A DNA stretch of 64,000 bases from Squalus acanthias (lineage: Eukaryota), in contig JASTWF010000418.1 in the NCBI GenBank assembly GCA_030390025.1, positions 248,001 through 312,000 of the forward strand. Reading direction: 5' to 3'. The notes under the pieces were generated by a model. That model saw only the letters and a list, made by a program, of their open reading frames with translations. It made no database searches and had not been told where the DNA came from. The first letter of the stretch is position 1, and the number at the start of each line of letters is the position of its first letter. Shown here piece by piece: positions 1 to 12,540 of the stretch. The translations under genes and the position numbers were made by a program.

Positions 1-3000
1 CTCAGTCCCTCTGACCCTCAGTCTCACTGACTCTCAGACCCTCTGACCCTCAGTCCCACTGACCCTCAGACCCTCTGACCCCCAGACCCACTGACCCTCA
101 GTCCCACTGACACTCAGTCCCTCTGACCCTCAGTCTCACTGACTCTCAGACCCTCTGACCCTCAGTCCCACTAACCCTCAGTCCCTCTGACCCTCAGTCC
201 CTCTGATCCTCAGACCCTCTGACCCTCAGTCTCTCTGACCCTCAGACCCTCTGACCCTCAGTCCCACTAACCCTCAGTCCCACTGACACTCAGTCCCTCT
301 GATCCTCAGTCCCTCTGACCCTCAGTCTCACTGACACTCAGACCCTCTGACCCTCAGTCCCACTAACCCTCAGTCCCTCTGACCCTCAGTCCCTCTGATC
401 CTCAGACCCTCTGACCCTCAGTCTCTCTGACCCTCAGTCCCTCTGATCCTCAGACCCTCTGACCCTCAGTCTCTCTGACCCTCAGTCCCTCTGATCCTCA
501 GTCCCACTGACCCTCAGTCCCACTGACCCTCAGTCCCTCTGACCCTCATTCCCTCCGACCCTCAGACCCGCTGACCCTCAGTCCCTCTGACCCTCAGTCC
601 CTCTGACCCTCAGTCCCTCTGATCCTCAGTCCCTCTGACCCTCAGTCCCTCTGACCCTCAGTCCCTCAGATCCTCAGACCCTCTGACCCTCAGTCGCTCT
701 GACCCTCAGTCCCACTGACCCTCACTCCCTCTGACCCTCAGTCCCTCTGACCCTCAGTCCCTCTGACACTCAGTCACACTGAACCTCAGTCCCACTGACC
801 CTCACTCCCTCTGACCCTCAGTCCCACTGACCCTCAGTCCCTCTGACCCTCAGACCCTCTGCCCTCAGTCCCACTGACCCTCACTCCCTCTGACCCTCAG
901 TCCCTCTGACCCTCAGTCCCTCTGACCCTCAGTCCCTCTGACCCTCACTCCCTCTGACCCTCAGTCCCTATGACCCTCAGTCCCTCTGACCCTCAGTCCC
1001 TCTGACCCTCAGTCCCACTGAACCTCAGTCCCTCTGACCCTCATTCCCACTGACCCTCCCTCCCTCTGACCCTCAGTCCCTCTGACCCGCAGTCTCACTG
1101 ACCCTCAGTCCCTCTGACCCTCAGTCCCTCTGACCCTCAGTCCCTCTGACCCTCAGTCCCTCAGTCCCTCTGACCCTCAGTCCCTCAGTCCCACTGTCCC
1201 TCAGTCCCTCTGACCCTCAGTCCCACTGAACCTCACTCCCTCTGAGCTCAGTCCCTCTGACCCTCAGTCCCTCTGACACTCAGTCCCTCTGACCCTCTGT
1301 CCCACTGACCCTCTGACCCTCAGTCCCACTGACCCTCAGACCCTCTGACCCTCAGTCCCTCTGACCCTCCCTCCCTCTGACCCTCAGTCCCACTGACCCT
1401 CAGTCCCTCTGACCCTCCGTCCCACTGAACCTCAGTCCCTCTGTCCCTCAGTCCCTCTGACCCTCAGTCCCTCTGACCCTCAGTCCCTCTGACCCTCAGT
1501 CCCTCTGACCCTCAGTCCCTCTGACCCTCAGTCCCGCTGACCCTCAGTCCCTCTGACCCTCTGTACCTCTGACCCTCAGTCCCTCTGACACTCAGTCCCT
1601 CTGACCCTCAGTCCCGCTGACCCTCAGTCCCTCTGTCCCTCCCTCCCACTGACCCTCAGTCCCTCTGACCCTCAGTACCACTGATCCTCAGTCCCACTGA
1701 CCCTCAGTCCCTCTGACCCTCAGTCCCTCTGACCCTCAGTCCCTCTGTCCCTCACTCCCTCTGACCCTCAGTCCCTCTGAACCTCAGTCCCTCTGACCCT
1801 CAGTCCCTCTGACCCTCAGTCCCTCTGACCCTCAGTCTCACTGACCCTCAGTCCCTCTGACCCTCCGTCCCACTGAACCTCAGTCCCTCTGTCCCTCAGT
1901 CCCTCTGACCCTCAGTCCCTCTGACCCTCAGTCCCTCTGATCCTCAGTCCCTCTGACCCTCAGTCCCTCTGACCCTCAGTCCCACTGACCCTCAGTCCCT
2001 CTGACCCTCAGTCCCACTGAACCTCAGTCCCTCTGACCCTCAGTCCCTCTGACCCTCTGTACCTCTGATCCTCAGTCCCACTGACCCTCAGTCCCTCTGA
2101 CCCTCAGTCCCTCTGACCCTCAGTCCCTCTGAACCTCAGTCCCTCTGACCCTCAGTCCCTCTGACCCTCAGTCCCACTGACCCTCATTCCCACTGACCCT
2201 CCCTCCCTCTGACCCTCAGTCCCTCTGACCCTCAGTCCCATTGACCCTCATTCCCACTGACCCTCCCTCCCTCTAACCCTCAGTCCCTGTGACCCTCAGT
2301 CCCTCTGACCCTCAGTCCCTCCGACCCTCAGTCCCTCTGACCCTCAGTGCCTCAGTCCCTCTGACCCTCAGTCCCTCAGTCCCACTGTCCCTCAGTCCCT
2401 CTGACCCTCAGTCCCACTGAACCTCACTCCCTCTGAGCTCAGTCCCTCTGACCCTCACTCCCTCTGACGCTCAGTCTCTCTGACCCTCAGTCCCTCTGAC
2501 CCTCTGTACCTCTGACCCTCAGTCCCTGACCTTCAGTCCCTCTGACCCTCTGTACCTCTGACCCTCAGTCCCTCTGACCCTCAGTCCCTCTGACCCTCAG
2601 TCCCGCTGACCCTCAGTCCCTCTGATCCTCTGTCCCTCTGACACTCAGTCCCACTGACCTCCCTCACTCTGACCCTCAGTCCCTCTGACCCTCAGTCCTG
2701 CTGACCCTCAGTCCCTCTGACCCTCCCTCCCACTGACCCTCAGTCCCTCTGACCCTCAGTCCCTCTGACCATCAGTCCCACTGACCCTGAGTCCCTCTGA
2801 CCCTCAGTCTCGCTGACCCTCACTCCCTCTGACCCTCAGTCCCGCTGACCCTCAGTCCCACTGACCCTCAGTCCCTCTGACCCTCAGTCCCACTGAACCT
2901 CAGTCCCTCTGACCATCAGACCCTCTGACCCTCAGTCCCACTGACCCTCAGTCCCTCTGACCCTCAGTCCCTCTGACCCTCAGTCCCTCTGACACTCAGT

Positions 3001-5656
3001 CCCTCTGACCCTCAGTCCCGCTGACCCTCAGTCCCTCTGACCCTCCCTCCCACTGACCCTCAGTCCCACTGACCCTCAGTCCCTCTGACCCTCAGTCCCT
3101 CTGACCATCAGTCCCACTGACCCTCAGTCCCTCTGACCCTCAGTCCCTCTGACCCTCAGTCCCACTGACCCTCAGTCCCTCTGACCCTCAGTCCCTCTGT
3201 CCCTCAGTCCCACTGACCCTCAGTCCCCCTGACCCTCAGTCCCTCTGACCCTCAGTCCCACTGACCCTCAGTCCCTCTGACCCTCAGTCCCTCTGACCCT
3301 CAGTCCTACCGACCCTCAGTCCCTCTGACCCTCACTCACACTGATCCTCAGTCCCTCTGATCCTCAGTCCCTCTGACCCTCAGTCCCACTGACCCTCAGT
3401 CCCTCTGACCCTCATTCCCTCCGACCCTCAGACCCGCTGACCCTCAGTCCCTCTGACCCTCAGTCCAACTGACCCTCAGTCCCTCTGATCCTCAGTCCCA
3501 CTGACCCTCAGTCCCACTGACCCTCAGTCCCTCTGACCCTCATTCCCTCCGACCCTTAGACCCGCTGACCCTCAGTCCCTCTGACCCTCAGTCCCTCTGA
3601 CCCTCAGTCCCTCTGACCCTCAGTCCCTCTGATCCTCAGTCCCTCTGACCCTCAGTCCCTCTGACCCTCAGTCCCTCTGACCCTCAGTCCCTCAGATCCT
3701 CAGACCCTCTGACCCTCAGTCGCTCTGACCCTCAGTCCCTCTGATCCTCAGTCCCACTGACCCTCACTCCCTCTGACCCTCAGTCCCTCTGACCCTCAGT
3801 CCCTCTGACACTCAGTCACACTGAACCTCAGTCCCACTGACCCTCACTCCCTCTGACCCTCAGTCCCACTGACCCTCAGTCCCTCTGACCCTCAGACCCT
3901 CTGACCCTCAGTCCCACTGACCCTCACTCCCTCTGACCCTCAGTCCCTCTGACCCTCAGTCCCTCTGACCCTCACTCCCTCTGACCCTCAGTCCCTATGA
4001 CCCTCAGTCCCTCTGACCCTCAGTCCCTCTGACCCTCAGTCCCACTGAACCTCAGTCCCTCTGACCCTCATTCCCACTGACCCTCCCTCCCTCTGACCCT
4101 CAGTCCCTCTGACCCGCAGTCTCACTGACCCTCAGTCCCTCTGACCCTCAGTCCCTCTGACCCTCAGTCCCTCTGACCCTCAGTCCCTCAGTCCCTCTGA
4201 CCCTCAGTCCCTCAGTCCCACTGTCCCTCAGTCCCTCTGACCCTCAGTCCCACTGAACCTCACTCCCTCTGAGCTCAGTCCCTCTGACCCTCAGTCCCTC
4301 TGACACTCAGTCCCTCTGACCCTCTGTCCCACTGACCCTCAGTCCCTCTGACCCTCAGTCCCACTGACCCTCAGACCCTCTGACCCTCAGTCCCTCTGAC
4401 CCTCCCTCCCTCTGACCCTCAGTCCCACTGACCCTCAGTCCCTCTGACCCTCCGTCCCACTGAACCTCAGTCCCTCTGTCCCTCAGTCCCTCTGACCCTC
4501 AGTCCCTCTGACCCTCAGTCCCTCTGACCCTCAGTCCCGCTGACCCTCAGTCCCTCTGACCCTCTGTACCTCTGACCCTCAGTCCCTCTGACACTCAGTC
4601 CCTCTGACCCTCAGTCCCGCTGACCCTCAGTCCCTCTGACCCTCCCTCCCACTGACCCTCAGTCCCTCTGACCCTCAGTACCACTGATCCTCAGTCCCAC
4701 TGACCCTCAGTCCCTCTGACCCTCAGTCCCTCTGACCCTCAGTCCCTCTGTCCCTCACTCCCTCTGACCCTCATTCCCTCTGAACCTCAGTCCCTCTGAC
4801 CCTCAGTCCCTCTGACCCTCAGTCCCTCTGACCCTCAGTCCCACTGACCCTCAGTCCCTCTGACCCTCCGTCCCACTGAACCTCAGTCCCTCTGTCCCTC
4901 AGTCCCTCTGACCCTCAGTCCCTCTGACCCTCAGTCCCTCTGATCCTCAGTCCCTCTGACCCTCAGTCCCTCTGACCCTCAGTCCCACTGACCCTCAGTC
5001 CCTCTGACCCTCAGTCCCACTGAACCTCAGTCCCTCTGACCCTCAGTCCCTCTGACCCTCTGTACCTCTGATCCTCAGTCCCACTGACCCTCAGTCCCTC
5101 TGACCCTCAGTCCCTCTGACCCTCAGTCCCTCTGAACCTCAGTCCCTCTGACCCTCAGTCCCTCTGACCCTCAGTCCCACTGACCCTCATTCCCACTGAC
5201 CCTCCCTCCCTCTGACCCTCAGTCCCTCTGACCCTCAGTCCCATTGACCCTCATTCCCACTGACCCTCCCTCCCTCTAACCCTCAGTCCCTGTGACCCTC
5301 AGTCCCTCTTACCCTCAGTCCCTCCGACCCTCAGTCCCTCTGACCCTCAGTCCCTCAGTCCCTCTGACCCTCAGTCCCTCAGTCCCACTGTCCCTCAGTC
5401 CCTCTGAACCTCAGTCCCACTGAACCTCACTCCCTCTGAGCTCAGTCCCTCTGACCCTCAGTCCCACTGACCCTCAGTCCCTCTGACCCTCACTCCCTCT
5501 GACGCTCAGTCTCTCTGACCCTCAGTCCCTCTGATCCTCAGTCCCTCTGACCCTCAGTCCCTCTGAACCTCAGTCCCTCTGACCCTCAGTCCCTCTGACC
5601 CTCAGTCCCACTGACCCTCATTCCCACTGACCCTCCCTCCCTCTGACCCTCAGTCC
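1..5656. repeat. 16-bp satellite (CTGACCCTCAGTCCCT)n with a ~3.03-kb higher-order duplication
   Basis: Direct tandem repeat. Rare variants recur 3027 bp apart (ccctatgacc at ~966 and ~3993; gacccgcagtctcac at ~1084 and ~4111). Confidence 0.95.
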
Positions 5657-6454
5657 CTCAGACCAGCGTCGACAGCGGCGGAGGAGGAGCCTTTCTTTCT
5701 TTTTCTCCCACAGAGCGGTCGGCAGCGGGGAAGGAGGAGCGGACCTGGTTGGAGCGGCGGGGAGTCGATAAAGGGAGCCCCGAGGCTCAGGTAGGCCTCA
5801 GACCAGCGTCGACAGCGGCGGAGGAGGAGCCTTTCTTTCTTTTTCTCCCACAGAGCGGTCGGCAGCGGGGAAGGAGGAGCGGACCTGGTTGGAGCGGCGG
5901 GAGCGGCGGCGAGTCGATAAAGGGAGCCCCGAGGCTCAGGTAGGCCTCAGACCAGCGTCGACAGCGGCGGAGGAGGAGCCTTTCTTTCTTTTTCTCCCAC
6001 AGAGCGGTCGGCAGCGGGGAAGGAGGAGCGGACCTGGTTGGAGCGGCATTTAAGGAGGGTGGTGGCTTAAACCCGAGTTCCTACAGAGTAGGAACCCCCA
6101 CCCGCCCTCCTCCTCTAACCTAGTAGTCTTTTAGCAGTCTAAAAACAGAGGTCACAAATTTTTTGGTCTCAGTTTCTTTTCAGCAGAGCAGGAACCGGGA
6201 GGAGCGGGAAGTCGGCGTAGGACCAAGGGGACACAAGACCGGGAAGTCAGCGAAAGACCAGGGAGGTAAGACTAACTGGTAAGTACTTTCCTCAAACCTT
6301 CCTAGAAAGTACAACTAAAACTAGTGCGATTTGGTTAGTTTTAAAAAGGAATAAGAGGAGTACAGTATACATTGGTCTAAGTAAGCTTCGGGAAAACAAA
6401 AGTCAATAAATAAACTAAAACTAGAAAATTAATAAGTAATATAAGGGTTAAGTC

Positions 6455-7402
6455 ATGGCAGTAGAGCTCGGACCTGTGTCATGCTCCTCCTGTAACATGT
6501 GGGAAATCATGGACGCTTCCTGTGTCCCTGACAACCATGTGTGCGGGAAGTGTGTCCAGCTGCAGCTCATGTGGGACCGCATGACGGCCCTTGAGCTGCG
6601 GATGGACTCACTTTGGAGCATCCACGATTCTGAGAGGGTTGTGAATAGCACATTTAGTGAGTTGGTCACACCGCAGGTTAAGGCCAGAGTAGATAGTACA
6701 TGGGTGACCAAAAGGCAGAGCAAGGGCAGGAAGGTAGTGCAGGAATCCCCTGGGGTTGTCTCCCTCAGCAACAGGTTCACCGCCTTAGGTGCTGTTGTCG
6801 GGGGGGATGACTCATCGGGGGAAGGCACCAGCAGCCAGGCTCATGGCACCATGACTGGCTCTGTTGCAAAGAAGGGAGGGAAAAAGAGTGGCAGGGCTAT
6901 AGTAATAGGGGATTCGATTGTAAGGGGAATAGATAGGAGTTTCTGTGGTCGCGACCGAGACTCCAGGATGGTAATTTGCCTCCCTGGTGCAAGGGTCAAG
7001 GATGTCTCGGCACGGGTGCAGAACATTCTGGAGGGGGAGGGGGAACAGCCAGTTGTCGTGATACATGTTGGTACCAACGACGTAGCTAAAAAAAGGGAAG
7101 AGGTCCTACAAGTAGAATTTAGGGAGTTAGGAGCCAAGCTAAAAAGTAGGACCTCGAAGGTAGTAATCTCTGGATTACTACCAGTGCCACGTGCTAGTAA
7201 GAGTACAGAGAACAGGATAGTTAGGCTAAATACGTGGCTTGAGCAGTGGTGTAAGAGGGAGGGTTTTAAATTTTTGAGGCATTGGGACCAGTTTTGTGGT
7301 AGGTGTGACCTATACAAAAGGGACGGTCTACACCTGTGCAAAGATGGAACTGATGTTCTCGGGGTAAATTTTGATAAAGCAGTTCGGGAGCATTTAAACT
7401 AG
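6455..7402 (+). CDS. CR1 ORF1p: N-terminal Cys zinc finger/coiled coil plus SGNH (GDSL-like) esterase domain
   Basis: CSSC...CGKC; GDS, VIHVGTND and DGLH esterase blocks; 315 aa open. Confidence 0.9.
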   Translation: MAVELGPVSCSSCNMWEIMDASCVPDNHVCGKCVQLQLMWDRMTALELRMDSLWSIHDSERVVNSTFSELVTPQVKARVDSTWVTKRQSKGRKVVQESPGVVSLSNRFTALGAVVGGDDSSGEGTSSQAHGTMTGSVAKKGGKKSGRAIVIGDSIVRGIDRSFCGRDRDSRMVICLPGARVKDVSARVQNILEGEGEQPVVVIHVGTNDVAKKREEVLQVEFRELGAKLKSRTSKVVISGLLPVPRASKSTENRIVRLNTWLEQWCKREGFKFLRHWDQFCGRCDLYKRDGLHLCKDGTDVLGVNFDKAVREHLN

Positions 7403-10344
7403 TATGGCAGGGGGCTAGAAACCCATGTAGTGAAATAGAGGAAAGTGAAAGGCAGACAGAAATAAATGGTAAAAAGGAGAGGAACAAAAAACAAAGGGCC
7501 AAACTAATTCATAAAAAATGTGAGCATAAAAAAAGCCTGAGGGTTTTATACCTTAATGCGAGAAGCATCAGGAACAAGGTAGATGAATTAGCTGTGGAAA
7601 TAGAGGTTAATAATTATGATCTAATTGGGATTACGGAAACATGGTTGCAGGGTGAGCAGGGCTGGGAGCTTAACATACAGGGGTATTCAGTATTTAGGAA
7701 GGATCGACAAAAAAGAAAGGGAGGAGGGGTAGCATTGCTGGTAAAAGAGGGGATAAATGCAATTGAAAGGAAGGATATTAACTCAGTTAATACAGAATCT
7801 ATATGGGTGGAGCTAAGAAATAGCAAGGGGCGAAAAACATTAATAGGAGTGGTATATAGGCCTCCAAATAGTAAAATAGAGGTTGGGGAGGGCATCACGA
7901 GGGAAATTAGAGAAGCGTGCAATAAGAGCACAGCTGTCATCATAGGTGACTTTAACTTACATATAGATTGGACTAGCCTAATCAGTAAAAATAATGAGGA
8001 GGAGGAATTCCTTGAGTGTTTAAGGGATGGTTATCTGGATCAATATGTCGAGGAACCAACTCGGGAACAGGCTATATTGGACTGGGTACTGTGCAATGAG
8101 AAGGGACTAATTAGTAATCTTGTTGTACGGGGACCCTTGGGTCAGAGCGATCATAACATGATCGATTTCTCACTCGAAATGGAGAGCGAAGAAATTGACT
8201 CAGAGACTCAGGTCCTGAATTTAAACAAGGGGAATTATGATGCCATTAGACGGGAACTGAGTAGGTCTGATTGGACAACGTTCCTGGGAGGACTGGAGGT
8301 AGATAAACAATGGCAAGCATTTAAAGATAGAATGACAAAATTGCAAAAATTGTTTATACCAATCTGGCATAAAAGGAAATCTAAAAAGGTGACTCAACCG
8401 TGGATAACAGGGGAAATTAGAGACAGCATAAAATCCAAAGATAGGGCGTATAAAATAGCCAAAAAACGCGCCAGAGCGGAAGATTGGGAACAGTTTAAGA
8501 TAGAGCAAAGGAGGGCAAAGGGCTTAATCAAGAAGGGCAAAATAGCTTACGAAAGCAAGCTGGCGGAAAATATAAAAACTAACTCCAAAAGCTTTTATAA
8601 GTATATCAAGAGGAAAAGACTGGTGAAAACCAAAGTTGGTCCATTGCAGTCAGATACGGGGGAATATATAATGGGAAATAAGGAAATGGCAGACCAACTA
8701 AATGCATACTTTGGGTCAGTCTTTACGAAGGAAGACACAAAAAACCTCCCTGGGATATCGGGAAAAATAGGGACATTGGCAAAGGAGGAACTGACGCAAA
8801 TCAATATCTCTAAGGATATGGTGTTAAGGAAGCTAAAGGGATTGAAGGCGGACAAATCCCCAGGGCCTGATAACATGCATCCTAGGGTACTGAAGGAGGT
8901 GGCCCTAGAGATAGCGGATGCACTAAGCATGATTTTTCAGAATTCATTAGACTCGGGAACAGTGCCCATGGATTGGAGGGTAGCTAACGTTACCCCACTA
9001 TTCAAAAAGGGGGGTAGGGAAAAAGCAGGTAATTACAGACCTGTAAGCCTTACATCAGTTGTGGGCAAAATGCTGGAGTCCATCATTAAGGATGAAATAG
9101 CCGAGCACTTAGCAAATGGGGACAGGATAGGACAGAGTCAACATGGATTTACAAAGGGTAAATCGTGCTTGACTAATCTATTGGAATTTTTTGAGGGAGT
9201 AACTGGTAAAATAGATGGGGGAGAGCCAGTAGATGTGGTGTACCTGGACTTCCAAAAGGCCTTCGATAAGGTCCCACATAAAAGATTAGCATGGAAAATT
9301 GAAGCTCATGGGATAAAGGGGAAAGTATTGACGTGGATAGAGAACTGGCTGTCAGATAGAAAACAGAGAGTTGGAATAAACGGCTCATTTTCTGAATGGC
9401 AGGCAGTAACAAGTGGGGTACCACAGGGATCTGTCCTGGGTCCCCAGCTGTTCACAATTTATATTAATGACCTGGATCAGGGAGTCGAATGCAGCATTTC
9501 CAAATTTGCAGACGACACTAAACTAGGAGGGGGGGTGGGCTCAGAGGAGGAGACCAGGAAGCTCCAGAGCGATTTGGACAGACTGGGTGATTGGGCGGAT
9601 AAATGGCAGATGCACTATAATGTGGACAAGTGCGAAGTTATCCACCTTGGGTGCAGGAACGGGAGGGCAAATTATTATTTAAATGGCAATAAATTGGGAG
9701 AGGGGGAAGTACAGAGAGACCTGGGTGTTCTTGTACACCAGTCACTGAAGGCGAGCATGCAGGTGCAACAGGCGGTCAAGAAGGCAAACGGTATGCTGGC
9801 CTTCATAGCAAAAGGGTTGGAATACAGGAACAGGGATACCTTGCTGCAGCTGTACAGGGCACTGGTGAGACCACACCTCGAGTACTGTGTACAGTTTTGG
9901 TCGCCTCATCTGAGGAAAGATGTTCTTGCCATGGAGGGGGTGCAGCGGCGATTCACCAGGCTGATACCAGGAATGGCGGGATTGACCTATGAGGAGAGAC
10001 TATGTAGTTTAGGGATGTACACACTGGAGTTTAGAAGATTGAGAGGGGACCTCATAGAAGTGTATAAAATTCTGACAGGTCTAGACAGATTAGATGCAGA
10101 AGGAATGTTTCCCTTGGCGGGTGAGAACAGAACTAGAGGACATAATTTAAGGATAAGGGCTAAACCATTTAGGACAGAAATGAGGGGGAATTTCTTCACT
10201 CAGAGAGTGGTGAACCTGTGGAACTCATTGCCACAGAGGGCAGTGTACGCCAGCTCATTAAATATATTTAAGAGGGAATTAGATATATTTCTACAGGCAA
10301 AAGGGGTTAAGGGTTACGGAGAGAAGGCGGGGACGGGATACTGA
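7378..10344 (+). CDS. CR1 ORF2p: AP-like endonuclease plus reverse transcriptase; frame open from 7378 with no ATG before the endonuclease
   Basis: LYLNARS, GITETW, GDFN, SDHN (EN); [23 protein letters not shown] (RT). Confidence 0.92.
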   Translation, partial: SSSGAFKLVWQGARNPCSEIEESERQTEINGKKERNKKQRAKLIHKKCEHKKSLRVLYLNARSIRNKVDELAVEIEVNNYDLIGITETWLQGEQGWELNIQGYSVFRKDRQKRKGGGVALLVKEGINAIERKDINSVNTESIWVELRNSKGRKTLIGVVYRPPNSKIEVGEGITREIREACNKSTAVIIGDFNLHIDWTSLISKNNEEEEFLECLRDGYLDQYVEEPTREQAILDWVLCNEKGLISNLVVRGPLGQSDHNMIDFSLEMESEEIDSETQVLNLNKGNYDAIRRELSRSDWTTFLGGLEVDKQWQAFKDRMTKLQKLFIPIWHKRKSKKVTQPWITGEIRDSIKSKDRAYKIAKKRARAEDWEQFKIEQRRAKGLIKKGKIAYESKLAENIKTNSKSFYKYIKRKRLVKTKVGPLQSDTGEYIMGNKEMADQLNAYFGSVFTKEDTKNLPGISGKIGTLAKEELTQINISKDMVLRKLKGLKADKSPGPDNMHPRVLKEVALEIADALSMIFQNSLDSGTVPMDWRVANVTPLFKKGGREKAGNYRPVSLTSVVGKMLESIIKDEIAEHLANGDRIGQSQHGFTKGKSCLTNLLEFFEGVTGKIDGGEPVDVVYLDFQKAFDKVPHKRLAWKIEAHGIKGKVLTWIENWLSDRKQRVGINGSFSEWQAVTSGVPQGSVLGPQLFTIYINDLDQGVECSISKFADDTKLGGGVGSEEETRKLQSDLDRLGDWADKWQMHYNVDKCEVIHLGCRNGRANYYLNGNKLGEGEVQRDLGVLVHQSLKASMQVQQAVKKANGMLAFIAKGLEYRNRDTLLQLYRALVRPHLEYCVQFWSPHLRKDVLAMEGVQRRFTRLIPGMAGLTYEERLCSLGMYTLEFRRLRGDLIEVYKILTGLDRLDAEGMFPLAGENRTRGHNLRIRAKPFRTEMRGNFFTQRVVNLWNSLPQRAVYASSLNIFKRELDIFLQAKGVKGYGEKAGTGY

Positions 10345-10443
10345 ATTGAAGGATCAGCCATGATCTCATTAAATGGCGGAGCAGGCTCGAAGGGCCGGAT
10401 GGCCTACTCCTGCTCCTATCTTCTATGTATCTATGTATCTATG

Positions 10444-12540
10444 ACCCTCTGTACCTCTGACCCTCAGTCCCTGACCTTCAGTCCCTCTGACCCTCTGTAC
10501 CTCTGACCCTCAATCCCTCTGACCCTCAGTCCCTCTGACCCTCAGTCCCGCTGACCCTCAGTCCCTCTGATCCTCAGTCCCTCTGACACTCAGTCCCACT
10601 GACCTCCCTCACTCTGACCCTCAGTCCCTCTGACCCTCAGTCCTGCTGACCCTCAGTCCCTCTGACCCTCCCTCCCACTGACCCTCAGTCCCTCTGACCC
10701 TCAGTCCCTCTGACCATCAGTCCCACTGACCCTGAGTCCCTCTGACCCTCAGTCTCGCTGACCCTCACTCCCTCTGACCCTCAGTCCCGCTGACCTTCAG
10801 TCCCACTGACCCTCAGTCCCTCTGACCCTCAGTCCCACTGAACCTCAGTCCCTCTGACCGTCAGACCCTCTGACCCTCAGTCCCACTGACCCTCAGTCCC
10901 TCTGACCCTCAGTCCCTCTGACCCTCAGTCCCTCTGACACTCAGTCCCTCTGACCCTCAGTCCCGCTGACCCTCAGTCCCTCTGACCCTCCCTCCCACTG
11001 ACCCTCAGTCCCACTGACCCTCAGTCCCTCTGACCCTCAGTCCCTCTGACCATCAGTCCCACTGACCCTCAGTCCCTCTGACCCTCAGTACCTCTGACCC
11101 TCAGTCCCACTGACCCTCAGTCCCTCTGACCCTCAATCCCTCTGTCCCTCAGTCCCACTGACCCTCAGTCCCCCTGACCCTCAGTCCCTCTGACCCTCAG
11201 TCCCACTGACCCTCAGTCCCTCTGACCCTCAGTCCCTCTGACCCTCAGTCCTACCGACCCTCAGTCCCTCTGCCCATCAGTCCCTCTGACCCTCACTCAC
11301 ACTGATCCTCAGTCCCTCTGATCCTCAGTCCCTCTGACCCTCAGTCCCTCTGACCCTCAGTCCCACTGACCCTCAGTCCCACTGACCCTCAGAGACTCTG
11401 ACCCTCAGTCCCACTGACCCTCTGTGCCTCTGGGCTTCAGTCCCTCTGACACTCAGTCCCTCCGACCCTCTGACCCCCAGTCCCACTGACAATCAGTCCC
11501 ACTGACCCTCAGACCCTCTGACCCTCAGTACCTCTGACCCTCAGACCCTCTGACCTTCAGTCCCTCTGACCCTCAGTCCACTCTGACCCTCAGTCCCTCC
11601 GACCGTCAGACCCTCGGACCCTCGGACCCTCAGTCCCACTGACCCGCAGTCCCTCTGACCCTCAGTCCCTCTGACCCTCAGTCCCTCTGACCCTCAGTCC
11701 CACTGACCATCAGTCCCTCTGAACCTCAGTCCCTCTGACCTTCAGTCCCTCTGACCCTCAGTCCCTCTGAACCTCAGTCCCTCTGACCTTCAGTCTCTCT
11801 GACCCTCAGTCTCACTGACCCTCAGTCCCTCTGACCCTCAATCCCTCTGACCCTCAGTCCCTCTGAACCTCAGTCCCTCTGACCTTTAGACCCTCTGACC
11901 CTCAGTCCCTCTGACCCTCAGTCCCTCTGACCCTCAGTCCCTCTGACCCTCAGTCCCACTGACCCTCAGTCCCTCTGACCCTCAGTCCCACTGAACCTCA
12001 GTCCCTCTGACCCTCAGTCCCTCTGACCCTCAGACCCTCTGACCCTCAGTCCCACTGACCCTCAGTCCCTCTGACCCTCAGACCCTCTGATCCTCAGTCC
12101 CTCTGACCCTCAGTCCCACTTACCCTCAGTCCCACTGACCCCCAGTTCCTCTGACACTCAGTCCCTCTGACCCTCTGTCCCTCTGATCCTCAGTCCCACT
12201 GACCCCCAGTTCCTCTGACACTCAGTCCCTCTGACCCTCAGTCCCTCTGACCCTCAGTCCCTCTGACCCTCAGACCCTCTGACCCTCAGTCCCACTGACC
12301 CTCAGTCCCACTGAACCTCAGTCCCTCTGACCCTCAGTCCCACTGACCCTCAGTCCCACTGACCCTCCCTCCCTCTGACCCTCAGTCCCTCTGACCCACA
12401 GTCCCTCTGACCCTCAGTCCCTCAGTCCCTCTGACCCTCAGTCTCACTGACCCTCACTCCCTCTGACCCTCACTCCCTCTGACACTCACTCCCTCTGACC
12501 CTCAGTCCCTCTGACCCTCAGTCTCTCTGACCCTCTCAGT
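10444..12540. repeat. Continuation of the 16-bp satellite
   Basis: Same unit; sequence from 10444 matches the variant pattern at ~2500. Confidence 0.95.

Larger units (their letters stand above)
5657..10443 (+). mobile_element. Full-length, apparently intact CR1-clade LINE inserted in the satellite
   Basis: GC-rich 5' UTR with tandem monomers, intact ORF1 and ORF2, 3' hairpin (GGAGCAGG...CCTGCTCC) and an 8-bp (TCTATGTA)n tail. Confidence 0.95.
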
